Source of the DNA: Callorhinchus milii
Taxonomy: Eukaryota
Length of the DNA stretch: 64,000 bases
Assembly (NCBI RefSeq): GCF_018977255.1
Contig: NW_024704745.1
Coordinates: 23,002,001-23,066,000, forward strand
Direction of reading: 5' to 3'
The translations under genes and the position numbers were made by a program. The notes below the pieces were generated by a model. It was not told where the DNA came from. It did not search any database and worked only from the letters and a program-made list of their open reading frames with translations. This document shows, one piece after another, positions 1 to 12,850 of the stretch (position 1 is its first letter; every line of letters begins with the position of its first letter).

Positions 1-75
1 AAAGCTTCTTCTAATCTCGAGATTTGCTTTAGACTTGGTAATCTTGTGATTGTATCTTCTTGCGATGTCTGTTGA
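1..75 (-). mobile_element. Possible decayed CR1-like LINE ORF2 C-terminal fragment, running off the window edge
   Basis: The minus strand reads IARRYNHKITKSKANLEIRRSF, which resembles the CR1 C-terminal TRGH..K..K....L.IR..FF motif. Confidence 0.3.
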
Positions 76-809
76 AGTAAAATCATGTGCTTAATTCATA
101 CATTATCGCTGTTTGTCACCATTTCAAAGTGGATCATGACCCCATTGTGTTTTCTCCTCTAATGAAAAAAAGTTCAATTTTGACACACAAGCTCAAACTG
201 TTTCTTCTAAATGGTCCCGAGTCCATCAATATCTTTCTGAAAAAGTACAACTTAAATTCTACATAGCATTCTTAATTGGTCCTTAGCAATGAATCATACA
301 AAGTTTAATCAACTGTGCTTAGAGATGCATGCCAGCTCCTGATTACTCTTCTTATAACAACTTCTCATTAACGGGATACTTTCAATAATCCTACTCTTTT
401 TTTTTCCTTTTCAGTATTTTCTGTTGGACACTTTTCATGCTTCGTGTTCAACGTGACTCCCCCCACAAAAAGATTTTCAAACCCATTTGCAATGGCTGTG
501 AACCATTTTTTGCCTCACAAATCTCTAATGCCTTACAGCAATAAAAATCAAACTCCTAGAAACGCCCAGCACTGCACCAGAATATCAGCCTAGACTAAAT
601 GAGTTCAAAATCCCGATGTGAATGGACAAGAACTATCTTAGCTCTTAGCCCCATTTATAATTTAGTATTAATTGGCATAAGTAATACTAGATAATATGAC
701 TACCAAAAAGAAAATCTGGAGAATCTGGGAAAAGTGACATGTAGCAAAGTATGTTTGCAACAAATTGTCAATGCGAAATATAAGCCCTATACAATATAGG
801 TTCTTTCAA

Positions 810-871
810 CACCTTAGAATGTCCCTCTTTCCGATGTAAAAGGCACTATACAAATGTAATTTGTTGTTGTT
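810..871 (+). mobile_element. L2 LINE 3' tail fragment
   Basis: Degenerate tail stem-loop followed by aaaggcactatacaaatgtaattt and (TTG)n. Confidence 0.6.
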
Positions 872-1224
872 ATGTAATCAGTTTAACGTCTATTCATTGC
901 CTTTCAGATTTCAGGTTAGTATTCATTCCTGTTAAAAGGAAAGACATTGTTGGAGGAGCAGGAAGCTGGACCTGAACATGCCTGCCCCAGCACTACTTCA
1001 AACCATCACTGTAGTAACAAACTAGAAAATGTTGTGGCTCCAGTATGATCACGCTCACCTTTCAGAACAAGTCTGAGTTGTACGTTTATGGCCGCTTAAA
1101 ATAGTATTATAACTGGGAATGTTTCTACAAACCTCTACTGTGGTTCAGGGTTGCATAAATTATAAAGTTCAATGGTTTTGTATAATTGTTGAAATCCCAA
1201 TATATTTTACAGCATGAAACAAGG

Positions 1225-1500
1225 CCCACATCACACATTGAGCTCTAGGCTGACATTCTATTGCAGTGCTGGGGGAGCAATGCATTGTCGTAGCTGAGCT
1301 TCAGATGAGATGTTTAACCGAGGTAGTGTTTCCCTGCTCAGAAGGATATTAAAGATCATATGGAATTAAAAAAAAGAAGAGAATGTCCTGTCCGACATTC
1401 CTCCAGACAAAATTGATCATTCATTCATGGCTGTTTGTAGAATATTATTGTGCACAAATTGTCTGTTGCATTTAACTACAAATATACAATAACAAAATTG
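1225..1500 (+). mobile_element. Old DeuSINE (SacSINE1/AmnSINE1-like core), partial
   Basis: Contains ttcagatgagatgtttaaccgagg...ggatattaaagatc...ggctgtttgtag...gtgcacaaattg, a core repeated more than 10 times in the window. Confidence 0.7.
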
Positions 1501-1519
1501 TATTTATACAGATGGCTTA

Positions 1520-1664
1520 TCAGAATCATGGAATTATACAGCACAGAAGGAGGCTATTTGGCCCATTGTGTCTGTGCCAGCTCTTTGAAGAGAGCTATCC
1601 AAATCAATCCCACTCCCCGCTCTCTCTCCATAGCCCTGCAAACTTGTCTTCCAAAATAATTACC
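1520..1664 (-). mobile_element. CR1-type LINE 3' end
   Basis: The reverse complement matches 44240-44383 (aagtttgcagggctatgg...ggagtgggattgatttg...cctccttct). Confidence 0.75.
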
Positions 1665-1669
1665 TAGTC

Positions 1670-1895
1670 CTCATGTTAGGAGGACATCCCAGGGTGCTGG
1701 ACCGTCAAGTAGTTGCAGTCAAAGAGAAAGGTCTTGAGACGGACCTTGAAGCAGGCAAGGGATGGGGCGAGGTGAGGGGACTCTGCGGGTCGAAAGGATG
1801 AAGGCCCAATTGCCGATGTTTGGGTGGGCAGGCGGGGGATGTGAAGCAGGCTGCTGAACAGAGTGTGTGGGAGGTGGGGTGGGAATTGGTAGGGT
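1670..1895 (-). mobile_element. L2 LINE 3' fragment
   Basis: Translates to LLHIPR...LAPSLACFKVRLKTFLFD and ends in a partial tail. Confidence 0.75.
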
Positions 1896-2805
1896 TTCAG
1901 AAAGTTACACAGGTACAAATATACTGTAAATCCTGTGAACTTCTTTGAGATAATTCAATGATATGCCAAAGCACTATATACAATGTGAAGATTGATATTT
2001 TATTTTTATAGTCAAGAGGCAAAAGTACGACATTACAAAAAGAGTATAATGTTTTCAGTGTTAATATGTTAGCTGAAGATTTACAAAACAATCATCCCAT
2101 GGGACAGAGATTTCAGTAAATTTGCCTGCGATCTGAGAATTGAGAAACAATGGGGAGCTATTCCACCCGGGCCTAGATTTATTTTATTAATGTAACATTT
2201 CAGAGCATCCAGAATTTGGCAAATTGTTGAATTCTGTCTGAATTTTGAAGCCTGTTTTTTGTGGTTCTGAAAAACAGCTTCAAAATTACAAATGTTTTAA
2301 GAATTTACCAAATTAAGCCCTCGGAAATGGTAAGAAAGCACAAGCAAATCTGGACCCAGGTGGAATTTATAATAATAATCTTTTCATTTGGTAAAGAGCC
2401 TTTCATGTTCGGAGGATCTCAAGAGCTTCACAGGATTCACTGTAAAATGGAGTGACTGTGTTTTGTGAGCAAACATGGCAGCCAATCTGCACACAGCAAA
2501 TTTATCTCCCTATTTAGCTTAATATGTGTTTTAAATTTACATGACTAAAGTATCAAGTATATGAATATATTAGAGATCGGCACCATTCTCAATGCCAATG
2601 TCTGTGAAGCCAGGTTAATCAGTTGACTTCCGACTTTCTGCTTTTAACCCACCAGTTGGCAGAATCATGGCTTGTTAATGAACAACAAAAAAATGGTAAC
2701 TTAAGGAAAAATACACAAGCCAAAAATCAAGTGTACAACCCGGCTTCATGGACCAAAGCATTGAGAGCGGATCTGGGTTCCACCTGCCGCACATTCGGGT
2801 AATGT

Positions 2806-4184
2806 TTAATCCACCTGCCTCTTGTCACCCACCACCACGCCCTCTCTGACCCCCTCACCCTTCCCATCATCTGCTCCTATCACCACCCACATCCTACATT
2901 CCTTACTCCCTATCTTTCCCTCCTCCCTCTCACCTACCATCACCTCTATGAAACCAACCATCTGCTGCCTCGAGCCCTTCCCCACCAACTTGCTGGTCAT
3001 CCAGCTCCCCCTCCTCTGCCCACTACTGGCTCACATCATCAACCAGTCCTTTTCCTCCTGATCAGTCCCTGCCTCCCTCGATCCCTCAAACCCCAGCCAT
3101 TACCGCCCTATTTCTAATCTGCCCTTCCTCACAAAAGTTCTAGAATGCGTTGTTGCCAATCAACTTCGCGCTCACCTCTCCTCCTACTCCCTCTTCGAAC
3201 ACCTCCAGTCCGGTTTCTGCTCTACCCACAGTACAGAGACTGCACTTGTGAAAGTCACAAATGACATCCGCTCTATTTGTGACCAGGGCTCCCTCTGCCT
3301 CCTTGTCCTCCTGGACCTCTCAGCCATGTTCGACACAGTTGATCACGCCATCCTCCTACACCGCCTTTCCTCCGTCATACACCTCAGTGGGACCGCACTC
3401 GCCTAGTTTGAGTCCTACCTCACAAACCGCCAGCAGTAGATCTGTACAAACTGATTCTCCTCCCGCTCTCACCCGATTACCTGCGGGGTACCCCAAGGAT
3501 CCATCCGTGGTCCCCTCCTCTTTCTGATCTACATGTTCCCTCTTGGGGATGTCATCCACAGACATGGGGTACATTTCCACATGTACGCGGACAACACCTA
3601 ACTCTATTTTATCAACTCACTTTGCGACCCCCCAGTCCCCTGATGTTCTGTCAGCCTGCCTGTCAGACCTCAGGGGCTGGATGAGTGCAAATTTCCTTCA
3701 GCTGAACGTTGACAAGATGGAAGCCATACTCTTTGGCTCTTGTCAACGTCTAAAATCTCACGGTTCCCACCTCCTCCACCTACCCGACCTCCCCTTACAA
3801 TTCTCTGAACCCGTACGCAACCTAGGCGTCCACTCCTCTGCACCCCCCTACCTCTCTGACCTCCTCTCTCCTCAAAACAGTGCCTGTTCCTCTGGGTTTG
3901 GCCTCCTCCTTGTCCCCCGAGTCCTTCGCTCCACCCTCGGCGGCCTTGCCTTCAGCCACTATGTCCCAAGGCTCTGGAACTCATTTCCTCACTCCCTTCA
4001 CCTCGCCCCCTCTCTTCCTATTTTCAGGTCTCTGCTGAAGACCTTTCTTTTTTCGACCGCACCTTTGGTCACCTTCCTCTCCCTCCCCCTGGCTCGGCCC
4101 CGGGATCCGTTTCTGTGAAGTGCTCTGAGACGCCGTCCGGAGTGGAGGGCGCGATATAAATCCAAGTTGTTGTTGTTGTTGTTG
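2806..4184 (+). mobile_element. L2 LINE family B, 5'-truncated, internally deleted RT pseudogene
   Basis: Encodes the motifs [27 protein letters not shown] and LQLNVDK. The tail gctctgagacgccgtccggagtggagggcgcg plus (TTG)n is present, and the copy is highly similar to 35490-37910. Confidence 0.93.
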
Positions 4185-6229
4185 ATAGTCGAGGATTTTC
4201 TAAATTTAAAACATATATTTGATCGCATTGCATCTTAGCTACATTACATCAAGGTAACTGCTTTTTTACAAGAACAATTCATGGCAAATTTATTTTGAGG
4301 AAAATTATTAATCTCGAGCACTACTGAAGCAGAATGCCATAAAATTGTTCTGAAAGTGAAAAAATTAACTGACTGTATTAAATATTGGTTTTGTTCTTCT
4401 GGTTTTCCACTAAGATACAGATTCTCATCGTTGCAATAAATTAGAATAAGAAGTCTTATTTGCAGTAGAGAGCTCCACCTGTTGAACTTATCTGTGGGTA
4501 CAGGATGCACAAAGTCTCTGCTTAAGTTTGCCTGAAATGAATTCAGTGAGCATACATTGCATAATAAATCATTAATCCCTGATATAAAATATTGTTTCTA
4601 AATCATAGGATCTGTACCAATATAGCTTCACTTGCATCATTATGCCAACACCTTTTTGGAATAAGAGCATAAAGAAAAGGCAAAGATCACCATAAGCCTC
4701 AAAGGATTGATCTTATCACTGACTCTAAAGGTCATTGATTCACCCCGTTGCCAAAATATAAATAAGTGAAATAAAATATATATGTCATGTATATACAATC
4801 ACATAATACAATATGCTCTGGCTTAACAAGGAATTTTATTATTTTGTGTTAGTTATGAAGACATTTGTATGGTGGTTCAATTTTGAAATGCTAAAATTGT
4901 ACCAAAATTATGTTCTATTTCATTATTTGCTATTGTTAATGGTAACTACTATATAAAGATCCTAAACAGATTTGTTTTGCATTTCTGCAACTCCTAGGCA
5001 AAAACACTGAATGTTAGCGTCCCCTTTGTTGATCCATGTTCCTCCCTAAAGCTGCTATTTTGAAAGGACAAATATACAGACTGTGTAAAATGCTCAGCTC
5101 AAGAACCTGCAAGAAGCATGTAACTGTTGAATAAAAGGAAGAAAAAAATGTTAGGAAATAAAGGAGCTGTTTTTTCTAAATTTGTTTTAAATCGTCGTAG
5201 TAACTTTTTGGGGGGGAATGTCTATGTCCATTTCTAAATAAATGTAACCAAATTATTGGGAGGGGTGGGTAGGAGAAAGAGTATTACAGAAAATCAAAAT
5301 GAAATATCTACAGGACATTATCCATAATAACATAAAAAAGGAAGTAAGTACCTGAAATATTTCTAGACTAGCAGAATACTAAAATATCCATTGTGGAACA
5401 TTGATTTTAATCATCATTTTAAGCTATTTAAAAGTTAGAAAGCTGTTTTTGCACATTTTGGATATGTTGATGTGTTTTGGAAAACAATAGTATAATGTAT
5501 TTACTGGAGATACGAGTAAGTAAATTGGTTTAAATGTGTCCAAATGGTAGGACAATATATTACAGGAAAGCCCGTTTTCTGATTCAATGTGCTGATTAAC
5601 TTTAGGTGCATTAAAGAGAAGTACTCTCTCTAATGACTATCCATTTGAAAAGCAGAGCATTTCCTCGTGATGTGCTCAAACCATATCATCACGATGCTGT
5701 CAATGCAAACAATACCCTTATCTAGCTCCTTTTCAAGCTACCTGATTAACTGGAAAAATATAAAAACAGAAAGGATGCATGTCCTTGCACACTGGCTGTA
5801 AATGTCACTAAAAGGCCAGGGGAACAGTTGTACTTTAATGTATTAGGTTCCCACTGGGCAGACATGTCTTAGGGCTCATGGCAAAGACAGTCAATCTAAA
5901 GTCTGTTCTCAGATACTTCTTGTCCACAAACTGAATTACCTGGAACATCAAATTGGCATAGATCCATTTTGCAGTAATGTATTTTACCCAGACACAAAGT
6001 TAATTAAACCTTGGCACCCTGATAATTAATTTAATCACCCCATTACATGCCAGAGGTAGTTGTGGCTATTCCCCACAAATTAACTGCAGCATTGTATTGT
6101 TCTTAATTCTTCCCACTCCACATCTCAAATACACAACTTGTTCATGTAAAATGTATCATAAAGTGCAAGGTTCCTCAAACATGAAATGACACAAGCCCAA
6201 CATTTCTTATGAATTTAACCTTGAGACCG

Positions 6230-6637
6230 ATATCATAAAATGAAAGATTTTACATAATTCTTAAATTCAGTCTTAATTTGGAAACTGATTTTCTGTAGTT
6301 CATTTTAAGATCTTCCATTTCAATGGTCTCAAGTCAATGATATCTTCATCAAGATGGTGATTAATTTGTCCACAACCTTGAATGCGGATTCTACCTCACT
6401 CATTTCATCCTCTGAGGAAAGTGAACAATTACAGTTAAAACTTGACAAATATTTACTTAAATATTTTCTAGAGTTGATTAAACTACAGAATATCAATATA
6501 ACATCGCAATTATCTACATTAAACCTGCTTTCTTCAATGCCACTACTTTTCCAATCACTCACAAAGTACTTGAAGTGCTTCATTCCACCATGAAGGTGTT
6601 TTATTTTTAAGAGAAGGGAAGACTACTTATTTGAATC
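6230..6637 (-). pseudogene. Degenerate coding-like segment with a TIR-domain-like pattern
   Basis: ORF 6329-6583 reads VDNCDVILIFCS..KYLSSFNC..MSEVESAFKVVDKLITILM. There is an acceptor-like cttccttctaaattcacagacag at 6638 and an upstream in-frame stop. Confidence 0.3.
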
Positions 6638-7984
6638 CTGTCTGTGAATTTAGAAGGAAGCCAAAATTACATAAGTACCTCTCAACCTCTCAAGGGAAGA
6701 GAGATGGGTATGAACCCACAAACACATAAGAATATGTATGCTTCAGAAAGACAATGACTTTGTAATGTATACAAAAAAACTAAAGGACACTGCAATACAA
6801 TATTCACAGAAATATTTTGCGCTGACAGTTGTGTTCAAGATATGCATGGAGGTAGGAATCTGGCACTAGCAAGCACTGTGCTGTTGCTGAATAATGCATG
6901 TGGGAACATAGCTGCTCAACCACAGCACACAACATCTATGCTGTCTGATACAGACAAGCTTTCACACATATGCAAGGTGACCAAAAAGACGGAATACCAT
7001 TACGATGTCTAATAAGACTTAAAGAAATGATGATACTTCTGTTATTTTTTTAGATATCAATATAATAGGGTAATAGGGTAGTTTTCATGACTTTTTGGTC
7101 ACCCTGTATTACCATTTGTTGCCATTAAAGGGAAACAGGCAATTGTATACAGTGGGGTCTGGACAATCAGTATTCAGGTATAGGAGATACAGCGTTTTGG
7201 AAGAAACCTTGTCCATAGGCCATACACATACAATCACTCTGTTTTATCACAGTATATCCTGCGAAGTGCTTTGGGGCATCCTCCCGTGGTGAAAGCTGCT
7301 ATATTAAAATGCAGGGATGATCCTACCAGAACAGGTTTTAGGCTGCACTAGTTGCTTTCTGTACCATACCTCATTTTTTTAAGCATTAAGTGCAATAAGT
7401 ATTCCTTAGTTCGCTACTTATATTTTGTACCAATGAAATCTTGTTTTACTTGGTACTAGCTAGCTTTTATTCAACATTGTGAACAGTGAATTTCCTGTAC
7501 AATGAGATTTACCAAGAAAAATTACAGTTTTGGTCATTTACTTTCCAGAAATTCCAAACATTTACTGAACAACTAAAGAAAGAGGCTTTTAGCAGATCAG
7601 GAAAAAGATTTGTGAATTATGGTTCAAAGCTAAGAGGCTTCTGACTCCAGGCATCCTTGTTTTCAGAATAATTCATGTGAGAAACAACTATCGCCATGCA
7701 TTCAAAACATGTGCTACAATACTATAATTATAACTGCTCGTCACACTGATGTGCAAAGCCAGATTGTTTTTATAACCACTTCCATTAATTTACCATTATG
7801 CTTATACAGGGCACAACTGTGAATTTGCTGGAGACTCATTTTTATAGGGAGCATTTACTCAGGCATGGGACATTTCCCTATATGTTTATTTAAAAAGGTT
7901 TTTAGCATTTGCTCTGTGATCTTGGCAAAACAAACTCAAGGCATACAGATGGCTATAAAATCTGAGATATTCCTTATTCCTACT

Positions 7985-8075
7985 GCTTGCTTCACTCTTG
8001 CACCACCTCGCTCGTTTAAGAGTCCGAGATGCTACCCACATGAAGGGCACTTTATAAATGTAAATTGTTGTTGTT
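7985..8075 (+). mobile_element. L2 3' tail fragment
   Basis: gagatgctacccacatgaagggcactttataaatgtaaa followed by (TTG)n. Confidence 0.6.
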
Positions 8076-8206
8076 AATATAAACACCTCAACTCCTGCTG
8101 TGAACGACCACAGTAATCCAGAACATCAAGTATCATGATCAATCAAATTATTGATGTTTCTTTGCACATATATTTACTTCTCATGTTTCTGAATTCTAAA
8201 CATCTT

Positions 8207-8270
8207 TGTCAGCGCCCTGGGATATCCTCCCGATGTGAAAGACGCTATACAAATGTAATCTTGTTGTTTT
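8207..8270 (+). mobile_element. L2 3' tail fragment
   Basis: agcgccctgggatatcctcccgatgtgaaagacgctatacaaatgtaatc followed by (TTG)n. Confidence 0.7.
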
Positions 8271-8644
8271 TATGCACTGGCTCGTCTTCTGAATGTTTAT
8301 CATTATTTCTGTAATATTAATACTCCTTGATATATTGAAAGATTTTCACAGGAATTATTGTCAAGAGTAGTGACTGTTTATAGGGAATCGGGGCAGCCAT
8401 TTTATGCACAGCAATGACCCACAAAAAGCTAAGTGGTGAATGATCAAACAAACAAGAAAATGAAAAGAAATGATAATTTATTCGTATAATCATTTTTTTC
8501 CCCCAATACCAAACTTGGAAAAATCATTTGCAACACAAAATGATCAGAGTCATGTCTGAGATGACCTGGAACTGATTTACACTACTAGCTCCTTTCATAG
8601 ACAGGCTAATAGAGCAAAACGTGTAAATAACTTTATTTATTTTC

Positions 8645-9108
8645 TGTGCCAGTTTGGCACAAGTGGTAACATGCTCATCTCTAAGTCATATGGATATGTG
8701 TACAAACTCCATATCGGGGCTTCAGCTCACAGTTTAGTCTGGCACACCAGTTCAATACTGGGAAAGTTCTAGGCTGACACTCTAATACTTTGCTGCAGAA
8801 CACTGCATTCAAGGTGCCATTCTTCAAATGAGATGTTAAACCAAGGGCTCGTCTGCTTGTTCAGGTGGAAGTTAAAGATACAATGGTACTATTCGAAAAG
8901 ATAAGGAGGTTTTTCCCGGTGTCCTATTCAACAAACCTTCGTTCAACAAATTGATCACTCCATGGCTGTTCGTAAGATATTGCTGTGCACAAATTGCTGC
9001 ATATACCTATAAAACCCACAGTCACTACACTTTACAATAAATCCTGTGAAGTTCTTCAGATAGCCTCCTGACATTAAAGGTGCTCTATCAAATGCAAGAA
9101 TTATTATT
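8645..9108 (+). mobile_element. Old DeuSINE, near full length
   Basis: Degenerate tRNA-like head, Deu core (ttcaaatgagatgttaaaccaagg...ttcaggtggaagttaaagat) and tail atcaaatgcaagaattattatt. Confidence 0.8.
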
Positions 9109-9824
9109 GTCAGAGGTTATTGCATGTGGTTTCACAAAGACAATAATAATGTATTGATCTTTGATTCTTCTCACTCCTTGAACAAGATAATTTTTCAAGC
9201 ATTGAACGTTTCGGTATATCTTCCTGACCTGAAAGGTGCTATATAAGTGTAAACTATATTGTATTGTCTCTTTAAAATAGATACTTGTTTTGAAACTCTC
9301 TCCCTTAAAGGTATTTTGCCCAAGGAAAGAATGAGAAAGTAAAAGCAATGAACTTTAAAGTAAATACTGGTACACACCACATAAAGAAAAATATCGGCAA
9401 TAATAACTGTTTGTGGGATATTGCTGTCCACAAATTCACATTTGCCTGTAAATACACAGTCACTATAATTTACAGTTAAATCATCTGAACCATTTTGACA
9501 TTTAGCAAATGTGATAGGGAACACCAACACATTGCATTAATATGGTGCCTTTCACGTCAGGAGGACGTCCCAAGGCACTGGACAGTTGATAGGGTTTGCG
9601 CTTGGTTGACAGGGTTTGCACTTGGCAAACTAAGGATAAAGCCAAATGCGAGGATTATTATTATAAAGTTCAGAGTTGCTGCTAATTGAAAAGCATTAAT
9701 CCTGATGAAGCTTAGTTTTCCTTTTCCATCTCCAGAGACATCCTGAAGAATTTATGTGAAATATTTCTGTGTCACATTAGTTTAAGGGTTAGCTGTTTCA
9801 TCTCTTAAATACGGACATGGGGAA

Positions 9825-9877
9825 TTTATTAAATTATTATTTATTAAATTATATTAAATTATATTTATTAAATTATA
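9825..9877. repeat. AT-only minisatellite (tattaaatta-type units)
   Basis: Four imperfect tandem copies of tattaaatta. Confidence 0.7.
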
Positions 9878-10084
9878 CCCTGAAAGCACTAATATTCTTA
9901 AATAATTTATCTGTAATATTTATTGCAACTTGTCAATAACATTAAGAGTGATCTGAATGCATCCAATCTTCAGGGTGTAAGCAATTTCTGATGTTAATGA
10001 AACTAATATGAAGGCTGTCGTAATGACTCAGTATTTGCACACAAATACACATCTAAATGGAAATAAAGAATCGGTAATTCTCAG

Positions 10085-10440
10085 ATGCTAGATCTGTGCT
10101 GAGTTTGTTTGTTGTTGTTGTTGGGTTAACTATCTCTTCGGGGCAGCAAAGGGGAATTTATAACTTACTTCAATGTCTCAAGACTAAGGAAAGGAAAATG
10201 TAACCAACTTTTGCCAGCAATTGCTGTAAATGAATACCTACTTGAAATTACTTGTGTAGATGTTGGGGAAGGATATATCAGGCTTGACCACATTGCCCCC
10301 ACACACACCTGAAAAAACTGCTGACACTTGCTATTTAAGCTCACAGGTAAAAATGGCTACTTGGGCAAAGTATCAGTGAACAGGAAGTATCTTCGGAATT
10401 AAATCCCAGTAGGAACCACTGCCTTTTGGGAGGAGAGTGG
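10085..10440 (+). mobile_element. Ancient AmnSINE2-like SINE relic
   Basis: Motifs tctgtgctgagtt, tgtgtagatgttgggga, aggcttga, ctgctgacacttgct..aagctcaca..aatggctacttgggcaaagta are shared in degenerate form with 31790-32020 and 38250-38530. Confidence 0.5.
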
Positions 10441-11826
10441 TAAATAAATCATAATTTGTGTTCAATATTTCAAATGTCCCAAATTTCTGTTTATTCCCTT
10501 GTTTATTACACAAGGTGCGTGAAAACATAAGCGTTAAGTATTCCATTACAAAACGATTCTGCTTTACTCAATGTAGTAAACAATGGTATACCTTTCTCCC
10601 ATGTCAGAAAGCAAAATTGGGCTGACTCAAATATAACACAATAAAAAGTGAAAATCCTTTGGCACATTTTCTCTGTATGGCTGAGAAAATGGCATTTTTT
10701 AAAATCTCCAGCCTATGATTGACTTGCTAGAACAAGTAATTCATTGCTGCAGACTTGATGCTGAGCACTACATTCTTATATTCATTTTCTTTTTGGGGTG
10801 GTTAGAAATACTTTTTTTTGCTGTTATCTGGGAGGGAAAAAGTTGGAAAATAATGAAAAGGTCTTTGAAGTTTATCCCAATGAATATGGTGAAATAAATG
10901 TTTCCTTTACACAGCTCATTACTAGCCACCCAAAGAAACCAACGAGAACAAAGATCTTTCTGTCAAGCTACTTGACACAAGCAAATAAGAGTAGCCAAAA
11001 TGCATAAGATTACGACTGTGTCTTTTCCACTGCACACAGTCCTCATGCAGCATAAACAACAAATTACTTGCGCAAGGAATTTTATTTCATCAAAGCATTT
11101 CCTAAATTAAATGCAACAATTTTCTTAACTTGTTAAAAAGTCAGGATATTGTTTTTTAGTACAATGATTATATAATTTTTTTGTTTTCTTTGCAATGGTA
11201 CCACTGTAGTGTGAATATTAAGTTGATAGTGTAGTTTTATTCAATATAAATGTTCTGAGTTGTGCGAGCTTAAGGATAAATTGTAAATATTGCAAGATAT
11301 AGTGCAGAAACTGAATATTTTCTACCTTATTGTTGTTACCGAAATTTTTTTGGATTTGCATATTTTTGTGTTTTCATCATTTCTTTAATTCTATGAGCCT
11401 TACACAGTTCAATTTATAATCATCTCCCATCTGTGTATAGTGCTATTGCGATGCTATTGGTACATACAGTTTCCAAACCACTTCTGAGTCAGGCTTTATA
11501 AGCACTCCTTGAGCAGGTGGGCTTTCTGGCACCAGCCCAACTATATACAAAGCACAAAGCTTGAATTTAATGGGAGCCATATGCATGTGGTACCAAACGC
11601 CAGCCTTCGCCCATATGCTGCTAAGCACTTGCTCCAGCCTACCAGTCACTCACTGCTGACTGTACTCTTTGAGTATCTGTGTCTGCCAGGGAAAAATATA
11701 CCGAGGCAGCAAATATCTCCAATGCACCGTCCTCATTACAGAGACAACCCTGTCATTAGCAAGAGCACAATGAAGCTGATCTGGAGATGCATACCAATTA
11801 GGTTGTATGTAGCACTTTTGCTCCTC

Positions 11827-11840
11827 GTCTCTATGGAAAC
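11827..11840. promoter_or_regulatory. RFX X-box-like palindrome in a repeat-free block
   Basis: GTCTCTATGGAAAC fits the RFX consensus GTNRCCATGGYAAC with mismatches. Confidence 0.3.
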
Positions 11841-12732
11841 TCAGCTTCCCTGGCTGGAGTGAACAATCAGGAATGTTTCAGACATCCATATGTCACCTAG
11901 CTAATGTATTTCATACTACACTACCTATGAAAACTATATCATTTACAACTTGCTAACTACTGTAATATAATAATACTTGAACAAAATGTTTTCAAAAATG
12001 CAATGGACTAGAAGTCTGCAATGCATTTAGTGTATTAGCAAAAGTTAGAGTGAAATGATGGCAGTTTAAGTAATTCTTTCCTGGCTACCTACATGATGCT
12101 TTCTGTAGTCTATCACAGCCAGATTCAAATGCAGCAAACAGAGGATTTAGTTCAGCAAAGTGTACCTAATTTTACAAACCAACCGTGTTCGGCTCACACC
12201 TATAGTTCTAAACTGACCTCTGGATTTTAAAGCTATTCCAACAATTTAAGAAAATGAAATCTAGTACTGACTAAAGCATTCCAAAACCTTTGAAAAATCA
12301 CCAAATATAGTTACTGAATCGGCATTTAATTGGGCAAACAGGGATTCGCAATCAGTAGCACTATCACATTCTGTAGTTATCATCGAAGAGCAAGTCAAGC
12401 ACTGAAATCATTCAACAAAAACTTGTCTTTGAATAGTGCCCGCGTCTCAGAGCGCTAGCAGTGGAATCATTCATACTCACCCTCAGAAAACAAACCTCAA
12501 GGTACAGTTTTGACAATACTGTAACAATAAACAAACACTTTAGAATGGTTTTCAACAACAATAACAACTTGCATTTATTGTTATATTTATAAGTTGTTGT
12601 TGCTGATAGATTACATACATTAAATAGCTCAAAGCCTGCTATTTTTATGATAAATACTGTAAATTTTAACTGCTAAATTTATTCAGATTTTGCTCCTCAC
12701 TGACTAGCATTGCCCTCAGTTTTTGATGCATG

Positions 12733-12850
12733 ATAATGATAATAATAATAATCCTTACATTTGGTATAGCGCTTTTCGAGTCTTCTAGATGTCTCAAAGT
12801 GCTTCACAGAATATACTGTAAAGTGAATTGACTGTATATTTTGTGGGCAA
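12733..12850 (-). mobile_element. SINE 3' fragment with (TTA)n tail
   Basis: (AAT)n ccttacatttggtatagcgcttttc...gcttcacagaatatactgtaaagtgaattgactg. Confidence 0.75.
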
